Assembly (NCBI GenBank): GCA_000002445.1
Contig: CH464491.1
Location: 4,608,001-4,672,000 of the forward strand
Length of the DNA stretch: 64,000 nt
Direction: 5' to 3'
From: Trypanosoma brucei
Lineage: Eukaryota
In this document: one piece after another, positions 48,991 to 62,183 of the stretch
Layout of the letters: each line of letters begins with the position of its first letter
Numbering within the stretch: the first letter of the stretch is position 1
Program-made: the position numbers and the translations under genes
Notes under the pieces: generated by a model
Database searches by the model: none
What the model was told of the DNA's origin: nothing
The model's input: only the letters and a program-made list of their open reading frames with translations

Positions 48991-49672
48991 CCCTGGCGAT
49001 GCCGGCCACCTCAACGTGGTTCCAGGGTCCAGTACCCCGTATCATCGGGGGAAGCCAAGAGCCAGCAGCGTTCCTTTCATGGGGAACACTGCTTTGCTCC
49101 GGCTACAGCATCATACAGCACAAGGATCAGCAGCGTCTTGCTGGGACACCGTTTTTCATTTGTCGGTCCCTGGGCACGCGCCAGCGTACCATCAGCAGTA
49201 TCATCCGCACTAAGATGCTGCTGTCCGGTGATGTGGAAGAGAATCCCGGCCCGTCGTTGCGCGGGATGCAGTGGAACTGCGCCGGGCTATCTCAAGGAAA
49301 GAGATTAGCACTCCACAAAACCCTTGTTGATGAGCGGATCGCCTTTTGTCTGTTGAGCGAGACAAGGATGACGCCTGGAGAGGCGGCTTGCTTTAGCGTT
49401 GCTGGCTACCAACATCACGAAATAGCTCGTAACTGCAAAGGAGGTGGTGTATCAATACTAGTGAGGGAGGACCTACCAGTCGAGACCGGTATGGCCGTTG
49501 TTGGTCGCATTGAACAAGTGCATGCAACAATTCACCTTGCACGTGGAACGGCGCTGACTGTCACGTCGGCATACATCACACCAAAACACACCTTCACGGC
49601 AAATGACTTAGATACGCTTCTGACGACTGACGGTGCCCAGCTCTCATCGGTGCAGACGCTAACGCACACGCG

Positions 49673-51898
49673 TTGGCATGGGATCGCGCGAACCCACCAA
49701 ATACCAAGGGTGAAACCCTCACACAGTGGTGCATTGACAACCAGTTTCTGGTCTGCAACACTGGTGAGTGCACCATTTACACACGCCACCACGGGGAGTC
49801 CACCCCTGATGTGACACTGTCAAGGAATTGTACAGTGTACACGTGGACATCGCTGTATTCTCCCGATAGCGATCACCATCACATATTTTTCGAGGTTATC
49901 GTTGGAGACGACACAGATGCACTGAGTTGCCCGCGGCTTCGAAAGCCCATGTGCGCATGGCTAAAAGCTAACTGGAGGAATTTCCGTCTCAAGGTTGACG
50001 AGCTCTGCAGGAAAATTGGTAGAGAGAAGAACGTCAACACCCTGGAACAGAAATTGAGCTCCGCCATCCGCATTGCGACGAAGGTCTCCGTCCCCCGTGG
50101 CTGCAACGCAACGCCACCACATTGGACACCTACGCTCGCGAAACTCGATGAAGAGATCGCTGGATGCGGACCCTCCCACCGAAGGGAAAAGTTGGTAACC
50201 ACGCGTAAGCAGATCCTGGACCGTACCACAAAGAAGAGATGGAGCACGCTATGCTCCAGACTTGCGGTGTCAGACCGCTGCAGTTGCCACATTGTCAAGA
50301 AGGTATATGCGGCACGACCACTAACCACACCGGCTGTACTTGTTGATAACGCGGCCATCACGGACTACCGTCAAGCTGAGAGGTTCATTAAACTGTACTC
50401 GTCCCGCGCAAGAAGGCACCCCGACTCACACCCACCGGCACCAATAAAGACGATAGCGAGTGAGTTCAGTCTCATCACGATGGCTGAACTACGGAGATCG
50501 ATCAAACTGCTACCGAGTGGATCCGCAGCCGGACCTGATTGCTTATACAACGAGGCACTGCAACACCTCGGTAGAACAGCGCTGAATGTTGTTCTGAGGC
50601 TATTCAATGAGAGCCTACGAACGGGAGTCGTGCCGTCTGCATGGAAGACTGGTGTTATCATCCCCATCCTGAATGCCGGAAAAAAGGCGGAGGACCTCGA
50701 TTCTTACAGGCCTGTAACGCCCACGAGCTGTCTCTGCAAAGTCATGGAGCGCATAATTGCCGCGAGGCTTAGAGACACTGTTGAGTCCCAGCTGACGACG
50801 CAGCAATCAGGCTTTTGCCACGGATGCTCAACGCTCGAACAACTCCTGCACATCCGCGCTGCCCTCTGCCGTCCCACGCACCAATATCGTACGGGTGCTG
50901 TATTCGTTGACTACGTGAAGGCATTTGATACAGTAGACCACGACAAAATTGCGAGGGAAATGCACAGAATGAAGGTATCACCCCACATTGTGAAGTGGTG
51001 CGTATCATTTCTGAGTAACCGAACTGGCAGAGTGAGATTCAAGGAGAAGCTTTCCAGCAGCAGAACATTTGAGCGAGGAGTGCCACAAGGAACTGTACTT
51101 GGCCCAATCATGTTCATTATTGTCATGAACTCGTTGAGCCAGCGCCTTGCAGAAGTGCCGTTACTGCAGCACGGATTCTTTGCAGACGACCTGACGCTAC
51201 TTGCGAGGCACACAGAGAGGGATATCATCAACCACACACTGCAATGCGGTCTAAACGTGGTGTTACAGTGGTCAAAAGAGTACTTCATGTCTGTCAACGT
51301 AGCGAAAACAAAGTGCACACTCTTCGGGTGTACAGAGCGCTATCACCTTACATTACAACTGGACGGCGAAAGAATAGGAGCTGACAGGACACCGAAGCTT
51401 CTAGGAATAACATTCCAGTGTCTGCAGGGGGTGGCAACACATGCGGCCGAAACGAGATGCAAGATGGACTTCAGACTACTGCAGATAGCAGCCATCTCAG
51501 CTTCTACATGGGGGCCAAGACGACAAGTGTTGAGAGCTTTTCATCTGGAACTCGTACAGGCACACACCATGTATGGCATTGAGGTATGGTACTGGGACGC
51601 TTCGAAACGAAGTCGCGACCTCCTTGCATCAGCACAAAACAAAGCCAGTCGCATCATAGCCGGCATACCGCATGGGACGCGCAAAGAGGACTCTCTGCTG
51701 GAAGCAAACCTCCTGCCACTCAAGACGACCACTCTTGTGCGCAGCATGAAATTCATGCTGATGTGTGATTCACGAGGCGGATGTTTGCGCTGCAGTGGTG
51801 AAGAAGTATACCACAGCAAACATCCAGTCAGAGTCTTACATTCCCGCATCATGCTGTCCTACCCCACCTCCACATTGAGCCACGCGAGCACCCACTAG
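49673..51898 (+). CDS. ingi endonuclease-C plus reverse-transcriptase segment (741 aa).
   Basis: FVDYVKAFDTVDH and GFFADDLTLL motifs. Confidence 0.75.
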   Translation: MAWDRANPPNTKGETLTQWCIDNQFLVCNTGECTIYTRHHGESTPDVTLSRNCTVYTWTSLYSPDSDHHHIFFEVIVGDDTDALSCPRLRKPMCAWLKANWRNFRLKVDELCRKIGREKNVNTLEQKLSSAIRIATKVSVPRGCNATPPHWTPTLAKLDEEIAGCGPSHRREKLVTTRKQILDRTTKKRWSTLCSRLAVSDRCSCHIVKKVYAARPLTTPAVLVDNAAITDYRQAERFIKLYSSRARRHPDSHPPAPIKTIASEFSLITMAELRRSIKLLPSGSAAGPDCLYNEALQHLGRTALNVVLRLFNESLRTGVVPSAWKTGVIIPILNAGKKAEDLDSYRPVTPTSCLCKVMERIIAARLRDTVESQLTTQQSGFCHGCSTLEQLLHIRAALCRPTHQYRTGAVFVDYVKAFDTVDHDKIAREMHRMKVSPHIVKWCVSFLSNRTGRVRFKEKLSSSRTFERGVPQGTVLGPIMFIIVMNSLSQRLAEVPLLQHGFFADDLTLLARHTERDIINHTLQCGLNVVLQWSKEYFMSVNVAKTKCTLFGCTERYHLTLQLDGERIGADRTPKLLGITFQCLQGVATHAAETRCKMDFRLLQIAAISASTWGPRRQVLRAFHLELVQAHTMYGIEVWYWDASKRSRDLLASAQNKASRIIAGIPHGTRKEDSLLEANLLPLKTTTLVRSMKFMLMCDSRGGCLRCSGEEVYHSKHPVRVLHSRIMLSYPTSTLSHASTH

Positions 51899-52080
51899 AG
51901 ACATCGACGCTCCGCCACAGCTGCTGACCACAATTTCACACGCAGATAAAGCCTGTGTGCGCTGATGACCCTGACAATGTCAAAAGGGAGGCTTCCGAAA
52001 AGTGGATTAAACGGCATTTTGCACGGAGGGGGAAGGAGTCACCGCGACGAGAGCACTACGAATTTTGAACTGATGAATCC

Positions 52081-53973
52081 GTGTCCCTCGGTGAGAAGTC
52101 CGGGGCAGCTGCCCTGCTCTATAGAAACAACACGCTGATTTGTGCACCCAAAACCGGAGCAGGGGAACTCTCATGCAGTTACAGAGCGGAATGCGTAGCA
52201 TTAGAGATAGGACTGCAACGGCTGCTGAAATGGCTTGCGGCATACAGAAGCACACCGAGCAGGTTGTCCATCTTCTCTGACTCGCTGTCAATGTTAACAG
52301 CACTGCAGACAGGCTCTCTAGCCGTAACGGACACAATTCTGAGACGACTATGGAGGCTTCTGCTTCAAGTTCAGAGAAGGAAGATACGTATCCGACTGCA
52401 ATTTGTGTTTGGCCATTGTGGAGTGAAACGGAATGAGGTTTGTGACGAAATGGCGAAAAAGGCCGCTGATTTACCACAGTTGCGAGTCACATGGATCCCC
52501 GACATCATTGCTTATGCGAAGCGAGTGCTTAGGTCGGAAGAAGTCCATGAGAACACTCATAGGTTTGGTATAACGGGAAACCACTTTCCAACAAAACATA
52601 AAGAAGAACTGACGAGGGAAGAAGAAACGGGACTGGAACGCTTTCGGGTTGGGTCTTCAAGACACTATGGATGGATGTTGCGAAAGATCAACCCGAGTGT
52701 GCCTCCACAGTGCCGATGGTGTAACCCGCAACATGCAGCGATCGGGCCAACAATACAAACAGCCTCAACTGTTGCGACACGTACTCTTCAGAGAACCTCC
52801 GAACCGACCAAATGTACGGAATGTGATGCCACATACCAATGCCGCTCGAGTGCTGTAACGCACATGGTAAACAAACATGGCTTTGTGCGAGCTGATGCCC
52901 TCCGGAGGATCAAATACGGCGATGCAACACCTGCAGTGGACATCCCCCCGGAGCCCCCTCCAGTGGTGGCGATTGTTCCTCTACCATCGAGCACACGAGT
53001 CCCAATGAGAGCACATGTGCTTCATTGTACCCTCTGTGCCTCCAAATTCGCAGTGCCAGGCCGACTACTACACCACCTTCAAACAATACATGGCATAGGC
53101 AGCGGTAGTTGCCGCGTGGAAAGGGGGCGAGAAAACGAAGACTCAGTGCAAGGAGATGGTAGAGCCCCAGCAGCGCCAGCCTCTCAGGATACACGGAAGC
53201 TGCCGTTTCAATGTGACCTGTGCGAGGCGAGCATTGGTACACGCTCTTCCCTGTCACTACACAAGAAATTCAAACATAAGAGCATAGTGACGGAGGACGG
53301 TACCGTGGTGGTGGTGCAATTCCCTCGTAAGCGTGCCCGTGAGGGAAACGTTGACGTCCCGGGGAAAGGCGAGGTGCAGTGTGGTGTGTGCCAAAAAGTG
53401 CTCAGTTGCAGGGACTCCCTCATCCGACACTGTAAGGCTTTCCACAAAGGTGAGGGAATCGAGCTTAAATGCAGCAAAAGCATGAAATTGTGTGCCACTG
53501 ATTCCCCGCATACAAACACATCCATGTTGGTGTGCCCGACATGCGGAAGTCAGTGTGCTAGCAAAACTGGCCTCACCCTACATCAAAAGAAGATGCACGA
53601 TATGAAGGTAGAGCACGCTGTTACCAGCCAACGCGGCGACTGCGAAGAAACGTCACTGCACTTGATGAGCTGTCCCGGTTTGAAGGAGTTACGTGTCAGG
53701 TTTGCGGTAGAAAGTGTGTGTGTGCAGGATGTATGTTTCTTTAAAAGGCTGGCGCAGTTTCTCATTGCGGTTGAACGGAGCAGGCCGCAGGTGAAGTCTT
53801 CCCCTAATGTAACAGTCATACAACCCACTCTCCCTTCTGCAACTTCCCCCCTTATTGCTGAGAGTGGAGCTAGCAGGAAAAGCACTGGACGCAGGAATAG
53901 TCCAGACACCCTCAGAGACAGAGAGGGTATGCAGTCAACAAGCAACAGAAACAGAAAGAGGGGAAGAGAATAA
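52081..53973 (+). CDS. ingi C-terminal segment (630 aa), RNase H-like plus C2H2 zinc fingers.
   Basis: Same motifs as 30628-32646, which it matches colinearly in reverse complement. Confidence 0.7.
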   Translation: MSLGEKSGAAALLYRNNTLICAPKTGAGELSCSYRAECVALEIGLQRLLKWLAAYRSTPSRLSIFSDSLSMLTALQTGSLAVTDTILRRLWRLLLQVQRRKIRIRLQFVFGHCGVKRNEVCDEMAKKAADLPQLRVTWIPDIIAYAKRVLRSEEVHENTHRFGITGNHFPTKHKEELTREEETGLERFRVGSSRHYGWMLRKINPSVPPQCRWCNPQHAAIGPTIQTASTVATRTLQRTSEPTKCTECDATYQCRSSAVTHMVNKHGFVRADALRRIKYGDATPAVDIPPEPPPVVAIVPLPSSTRVPMRAHVLHCTLCASKFAVPGRLLHHLQTIHGIGSGSCRVERGRENEDSVQGDGRAPAAPASQDTRKLPFQCDLCEASIGTRSSLSLHKKFKHKSIVTEDGTVVVVQFPRKRAREGNVDVPGKGEVQCGVCQKVLSCRDSLIRHCKAFHKGEGIELKCSKSMKLCATDSPHTNTSMLVCPTCGSQCASKTGLTLHQKKMHDMKVEHAVTSQRGDCEETSLHLMSCPGLKELRVRFAVESVCVQDVCFFKRLAQFLIAVERSRPQVKSSPNVTVIQPTLPSATSPLIAESGASRKSTGRRNSPDTLRDREGMQSTSNRNRKRGRE

Positions 53974-54709
53974 TAAACGAATAACAAAAATCAAAACAAA
54001 AGGATTGCTAATTGACATCTTTTAGAGAGTCTGGGGTGGGGGCTTCTCGCCCCATCTGCTGTATTCCGTTCAACTGCGGAAAAACAACAAAAATTATAGA
54101 GAGTGTGTTAGGCTGAATAAAAAAGGGAGACTCTGCCACAGTCGCCAGACCGATAGCATCTCAGGGCTCTACAGTGATGGCTGATGCCCGAGCCTGTGGG
54201 GGGAAACTCCCACGAAGGCACGAAGAAAAATTTTTAAAAAATGTTCTTCTATTGAAAGAAAATCTGCATTCACACTATGCAAGGTTACTTTCTTGTTTAA
54301 GCGTTTGACATCAGGATTCATGAGCAGAATAAAAACCACAGTTGCTACAATCTCTCTACTTGTACAAATTTTTTTTTGAGTATAATATGGAGAATCTGTG
54401 GTTGCTCCTTCGTCTTCCTGTGGGGCCGTGAATACAGTTGATTTGTTTTGTTCCTGTGTAGAGCACTATCATAGCACATAACGTAAAACGTTTAGTAGCC
54501 ATGTACACAGCACTAAATCTCTCCATCTCTTTCCACTCCATCATCTCCCGTGCATTTTCAATTCATTTTTTAAAATTAAAACTAACCATGTTTTATCTAC
54601 ATTTCTTTCTCTCTCCCCTTTAATAATATTCTTCGTGCTCTCTCTCACACCCCCTCTTATTTCCATTGCACAAAAATATCGCTTTAAGTGCTTCTATTAT
54701 TCTAGTCCA

Positions 54710-54840
54710 TTTATTCTTCAACACTGTTCTTATTATAATATTCGTATATATATACACTCACAACACTCCCCTATTATTATTATTATTATTATCATTATTA
54801 TTACTTCTGTTATTATTATTAGCATTTTAACCCTAACTAA
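54710..54840 (-). repeat. 70-bp repeat in minus orientation.
   Basis: TTCGTATATATATACACTCACAACACTCCCCTATTATTATTATT. Confidence 0.8.
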
Positions 54841-55039
54841 TGTTCATAAAATAAACCAAAAAAAATCAGTATAACACCCATTTTTCATACCTATAATCTT
54901 ACTACTTTACACACGGGTTACTTTCATACAAAACTTTTTCATATTTTTACATTTTCACTAATCTGTGCATTATCGCCAAAAAGTGTCAAAGCATATCAAA
55001 TTTTCTCAAAGTAGCAAAGTTTCATAAATTTCACAAAAC

Positions 55040-56610
55040 TGAGAAAAAAGTTTATAATGATAGAATTCTACCAAATACATAAAGAAAGAAGCTATCAGAT
55101 CCATTTTTTATTTACGAGAACACTACAATTTCGGCACCTAAGCTTGTCCTTATCCTTGTCACCTTCACCGTCTTTCTTCCACGCACATACATGTTTCTCC
55201 TTCCCTTCATTCATTTTCTCACAAGCGTTTTTATCATTGAAGTGCGCTGCACACCCCGTTGTTTTTTCTCCTGCTTCTCCTCCTGCTCCTCCTGTATTGG
55301 TCTGAGTTGTATCTTTACTCTCATCTTCTTTGGATGTGCCTTTGTCCTCAGTATTTCCATCCCATTTGCAGTTATTTTCTGTGCAGGTTTCATTTGTGGT
55401 GTGCCGCCTGAAAGCTTTGGCGCTGGGCGCTGTTTTGTGCGGCTTTGTTGCAGACTGTGTAGCGGTGATTTCATCGGGGTCGGCTGCTAGTGTCTGTAGG
55501 GCTTGCTTTAAGCTCCTCAGCCGCATGCTTATGGTATGGCGAAGGTTCGCCTTTTTATGGATACTATCCATAGCTTCTGCCGCCTCTCTGAGGGCTACCA
55601 TCCAAGGTATTGTTGTTCCGGCTGCTTTCGTATAGGCCTTTTTGTATTGGACGCAGCGACCATTGTTGTTGTTGGCGCTGTCGCCGTCGCACCCTGTGTT
55701 GCCGGTGCCGTCGATTTTCCCCAGAAAGAAGGCTTTGTCGAAATTGGTTGTTTGTGGTTGAGATATTAACTTGATAAAGTTCTGCAGTGCCGTGTTTATT
55801 GTTTCTTTAGTTAAATGCACAGCATTTGATATCCTGTCACAGTGGTACCGGAATTTTACCCAGTCTGTTTGAGCGTCAGTGCCTGCTGTGAGCGCCACGG
55901 CCGGGTTGTTTTCAAGTTTGTGCGCACTTTGAGTCCGCCGGCTGCGCCGCCGCTGTGTTTGCCACAGAGGCACATCACATCCTGTTTGAGGCTCGCTCCG
56001 GCAATGTTATCTGTTTCCGTGCCGGCCGGGCTGCTACAAGTTCAGGCCATTGTTTTGCCGAGCGGAATGGTTTTAGCAACTGAATCTGTTGGTTCGTTTC
56101 CGATTAATGCCTCTTTTAGTTTTTTTTTCGACCGTTTGGACGTCTTTTGAAAAGTCTGTGTTGGCTATGTCGTCTTCTAAAAGTACTGCTTCGCGTGCTA
56201 GTCTGTGAAGTTGATTAGTTGTTTCTTTCTTGAGTTTCCGGTTCGCCCACTTTAGTAACACCTCGTTTCCGTTATTATTTTTGTTGTATTTTGCGCCTTT
56301 TTTGCCGAAGCCCCAGGCTTGTTGGGTGCATGCCTGTTTTGCGCTGTTCGATTCATCTAGCTGAACATACTCCTTTTCGAGTCTTTCTATTGCCGCTGCT
56401 GTTACGTTTTGGCCGCCTGCGGTTAGGTTTACCGCTGCTATGACATCTATTATGTCGCTGTCGGTTATGTCGTCTTTGGGGCCGCTGTAAGGCGCTTTCG
56501 CTATGGCCACGAGCGCGCAGATCGATGCGTAGGCTTCGGCCTTGTCTGCCGCTGTCGGTTCAGCTGCCTCTACTGGTTTGAAGCTAGCGCACAGTAGCAA
56601 AAAAAGCGCC
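55040..56610 (-). pseudogene. VSG pseudogene with frameshifts, including one in the signal peptide.
   Basis: N-domain ORF 56073-56600. C-domain 55095-55973 (...CAWKKDGEGDKDKDKLRCRNCSVLVNKKWI). Start MTSGAFF runs into a stop. Confidence 0.75.
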
Positions 56611-57629
56611 GCTAGTCATATTCTGGCTGGGTCCTGTTGTGGCATCGCCAGGAACGGTGGTTGCAACAGCTTTTTCTACACTACATTAAGGAAAGGGGCA
56701 AATGTCGGCGATTGTGGTGACAACTGTTGCGGGGTAGTATCTTATTTTTTTTGGCCTCGCGGCGCTGGGGCGGAGTGTGTGACTTCTTGCTCGATTGGCG
56801 CCGTTTTGGCTGTTTTTTATTTTCGAATTTTCGATATAATTCTGAAAGTGGTATAACATACCGCGTTGTCTTTTGGGGCGGCCGTATATCGTGTCCAGAC
56901 TTTATTCGGTGCCACCTTCTTGGCATTGTTCAGAGTCCTATCCGTTTATTGCACAGACGGTTTTTTTTTCCAGAATTTGATGGAAAATATCAGTTTGGGT
57001 TGTAGATCGTCGTCAAGGATCCACGGACTCTGGGTTTGCTTTACGCTACTCCGTCAATGATGCCCTGTTCCTTATGAAGTACGAAAAAACACCTTCCTTT
57101 TCCTTTTGCCTCTATACCCTTTTGGCCACATGTGGGCCCCATGAAAAATACTAGACACACTACTATTTGCAACACTCTGCTCTCACCACTTGGCATACGT
57201 TTCCACTATCAAATTAAAACTCACTGCTGCCCCAAAAATATCTCCGTAATCGCTTCACTCAGAAATAGACGTGTCAAATATTGGTATCACCTCCCTCTAA
57301 TGTATCACCATATTATGTGCTGTGCTGTTCGGGGGTTATTTGTTTCATTCGGTATTCTCGCTTCTTTTCATTCTCCTGTCACCGCTTCTGCCTGTAGTAT
57401 AGCAAACAAATTTGGCCTGTACGCAACACTCTTCCTCTTCCTTATTGTCCCCTCCCTCATGTCCTTCTGTATGATAGTGGTGGCCGATTTTCGTGTTTGT
57501 GTATGAAACTGAGCATACTCCATCTCTCTTTGTCTTACTCTTAGGCACTGCACCACTTAGCGACTCCATAGCACCCTTGTCATCGCTTTGGGTACTTTTA
57601 TTTTACCTTTCCATTTTGTTTTAAACATT

Positions 57630-58140
<511 letters not shown>

Positions 58141-58402
58141 ACCATACCTAATATTGGTTGAAAATAAAATAAATGAAATTATAATATTTCATGATTTCTC
58201 TCGCTTTTCATACCATATCACTTCATTGACTTGTGATCATAGGCCGCTATCATGTACATTTTACTAAAATTTTCACAAATATATTATTTTTTAATTTTAA
58301 TAAATTTTAATAATTATCTCATTTTAATCGAAAAGCGTTAAAATAATCAAACTCTTTTTAAAATATTAAAGTCTAATAAATTTTTTTAAAAAAGGGGGAT
58401 AA

Positions 58403-59906
58403 TTAAAACAGCAAGGCCACAAATGCAGAAACCATGAGGGCGAATTGTTTGTTTGCCAGAATAGAGGAATCTTTGCTCTTGTTTTCTTCCCATTGGAAGT
58501 TTTCAGTGCATTCTTTTTGTTGTTTGTTTTTGCACTCCTCTTTCTTGGCATCTTCTTTTTTTTTCCTCTGCCTGGGTTGGCTTGTGATCCGGGTCCACTA
58601 CACACTTTTTATTTTCGCCTGTGCCTTCCCATTTGCAACCTTCTTTGCACTTATATTCTTTCCCTTTCTTTTCGCACGTTGCGTCTGTCTCAGAGTTTTC
58701 TTACCGTATTTGGTCGCCTTCCGGTGACTTTTTGTTGCTTCCTGGTATCTCCGCCGCCGGCTGCATGGACGTTTGGTATGTGCGCTTCGCGAGGTCTATT
58801 AGTCCCTGAATACTTTGTGCCTGTACTTCTACGCTGTGGCGCTTCTGCGTCATCTCTTTCATTGCTTCTGCGGCGTCCGTGAGATGTTCAACCCAGCTTA
58901 TGCCTCTGTGTCCGCGTTGAGTACCGGCTGCTGCGAACTTCGCCGTATAGTCGACACACGTTTTGTCAGTGGTTCCATCGCAGTCGCTGCCAGTGTCTTT
59001 TCCCAGGTAAAACTTGATTAAGTTGGTGTCCCCTTTGCTGTGGATGCCGGCGATGAGTTGCGTTACTAGTGTTGTCAGTATCGTCTCCGTCACCTTTGCT
59101 GGTTTGCCTTTTGGGCATTCTTGTAGTACTGCGTTTAGCGCGTTCGGGCGGTTTGGGTTTGTCCAGTCGCACGCTATGTTTGCGTTTTTGCATGCCTGTG
59201 TGTTGCTGCCGCTGGCCTGACAGCACAGACACATTAGGTCCCCTGCAATGCTTTTTCCGCCGTTCGTGTTGCAGGCGTCGCTGTAGGTTGCAGTGTCTTG
59301 GTACGTCGTGCCCGGTTTAGGAGTAAAATCTGTTATGCCTGTTCCAAATAGAGCTTGAGATATTAGTTCTTTGACTTTTGTTGCGCCGCCTGTTGTTGCT
59401 TCTTCTTTCAGCTTGTTGTAGGTTGTTAGCTTGCCGCTCAGAGCTGTTAGAGTGTGATTTATTGTTTTGTGAGCTGCCCGTCTTGCAAATCCTTGGGGCG
59501 GGGGTGGGTTTAGCTTGCGCCACTCTCTGCCTTCTGATGAGCCGCCTGAAGCTTGGTAGTCTACTTGCCACTGTTTAAATGTCTCTTTCCAGTGCGTTGC
59601 GAAAGGCTCCTTGGCGTTGTTTGCTGATCTTTTTTCCCAGGTGTCTGTCTCCGGGTTTCCTGAGAAAAGCTTCTGCCACGCTTCTTCGCTTGTTGACATA
59701 TTAAGTTTTCGCAGCTCGTCTATTTGCTGGTCGAAAGAAAGTAGTGGGCTGCCGGCGTCAGGCTCGACGCCGTTTAGTGCTAGTGCGCTGCAGAGTAGGT
59801 GCATATCGGCTGCGGTTTGTGCTTCGAATGCCCCTTGTAGTTTGGTCGGTAACTGAATTAGTAGCGTGATCAGAGTCAGCGCCAGCTTGACTTTATTCGC
59901 GGCCAT
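58403..59906 (-). pseudogene. VSG pseudogene with a frameshift between the N-domain (58701-59906) and the C-domain.
   Basis: Signal peptide MAANKVKLALTLITLLIQLPTKLQG. Tail ...KSKDSSILANKQFALMVSAFVALLF in another frame. Confidence 0.8.
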
Positions 59907-61299
59907 TTGTCTAATTGCCGCTATACACGTCTCAGGTTTTGTTGTTGTTCTGCGGCAGGAACCAATGTTTCTGTGTTCTATTGATTACCCTTGGCCTGTG
60001 GTTACAGCTTATACGCTTAGTTAAATCCACACAAAGCAGAAGATTATGAGGTAACAGTGCCACTTAAAATTCCGAGGTATACGCGTGTTGCAAAATATAT
60101 AAATTATTGTTATAAATAATCGATTTTTAATATGTTAAACATATGAAAGAGTGGTTTTTTCCATAGAAACAGATAATCTCCATGACCTAAATTTGTTTTT
60201 AAAGAACGTTTCTACTTATATTTTAAATTTATATATGTTTATATACACATATATTGAATCTGTCATTTATGATCGTTTCATGCTTCTGCTATCGGCAAGA
60301 TTGTCTCCTCCAGACGAATTATCTAGCACGATAGGACGCTGACACTTTGGACGTACGCATGAATTTGAGCATTTCGTATTGTGAGACTGGTTTAGCGTCA
60401 ATCTTCTTGTTTCTTGCTAGACAGTTGTGTTCCCCGATGCGCTGTTTTGCTTTCACATTTTTTGATACGGTTCAGCAATGCCTAGGCAGTGTTTATTCTT
60501 ATATGAAGTATCCTTTCCTTGTAATGGTTCGCGGGGTTTCTATTAAGCCAGTAGGGGAAGCTTATCATAACAAAGTTACTGTTCATCGTACAAAGTTCTC
60601 CTGCACCCGCATATATATGCTATTTTCAACATTTGCCGATTTTTTATCCTTCGTCTTCTTCTGTCAACCGTAATCCATTAGTATTACTAGTTTAAAACTT
60701 CTGTTTTCGATAATATCATATTGTTTTCCACAAACGCTAACCATTATTACTAAATCATATGAGAACATAGCTTTGACGGTGTTTTACACTTATTTAATCC
60801 CTTTTTTCTGTTTGTTCTTCAGAGCTGGATATTAGGATCTACAATCAAATTAAAAGATGCAATCTTCATCATCTCCGCAGTAGAATCAGGTAATTTTTGT
60901 CTGAAATGTGGAGCGCAATATACTTTTGTATTATTAACCACTGTGCTCTTTTACAGCTCATCCAGTTCTTCTACTCTGCATTTGCTTTCTTAATTTTTAG
61001 TTTACTATCTCTCCTACCAATGATGATGTAGCAACTCTATTAGGCCTTTATACTGTACTATGTTTGCGCCTCATTGTCACCTCCGGTTTTCTCTTGGGTA
61101 TGATGATAGTCATTTCCACAGTTGTGTTTGACACTGCGCATATTTAATCTTTTTTCTTTCTCTTTCTTAGTAAAAACTACCGTGCCCCATTTATTCACTC
61201 ATTTAAGCCTGTTGTACTTTTGCTATTGTTTTAAGTGATTTTATTTTCTGTTGCTTCTATTTCCTTTTTCCATTTAGTTGTAACCACAACTACTCTTAT

Positions 61300-61915
<616 letters not shown>

Positions 61916-62183
61916 CTTACTATTTTAAATTCTAAATTTTAATAAAATCGCTAAAATAAATAAACAAAAACCATATTAGAATAGTACTCATTTTTCTTAC
62001 CATATTTTTCTACTTCTTTATACGCGTATGCCACAGTTACGCAGATTTTACGAAATTTATATTTTCAAAAAATTTCACTGACTTTCATCTTTTTATTAAA
62101 CATTGTTTTAATATATCAAATATTAGTGAATTAAAAAAAATATTCACAAATCCCATAAAGATGAGCATGAGTCAAAAATGTAC

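Larger units (their letters stand above)
48991..54241 (+). mobile_element. Full-length ingi (about 5.25 kb) in plus orientation with a frameshifted ORF. Inverted relative to the ingi at 30357-35610.
   Basis: 5' end CCCTGGCGATGCCGGCCACCTCAACGTGG at 48991. 3' end ...GGGGGGAAACTCCCACGAAGGCACGAAGAAAAATTTTTAAAAAA at about 54241. Confidence 0.9.
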
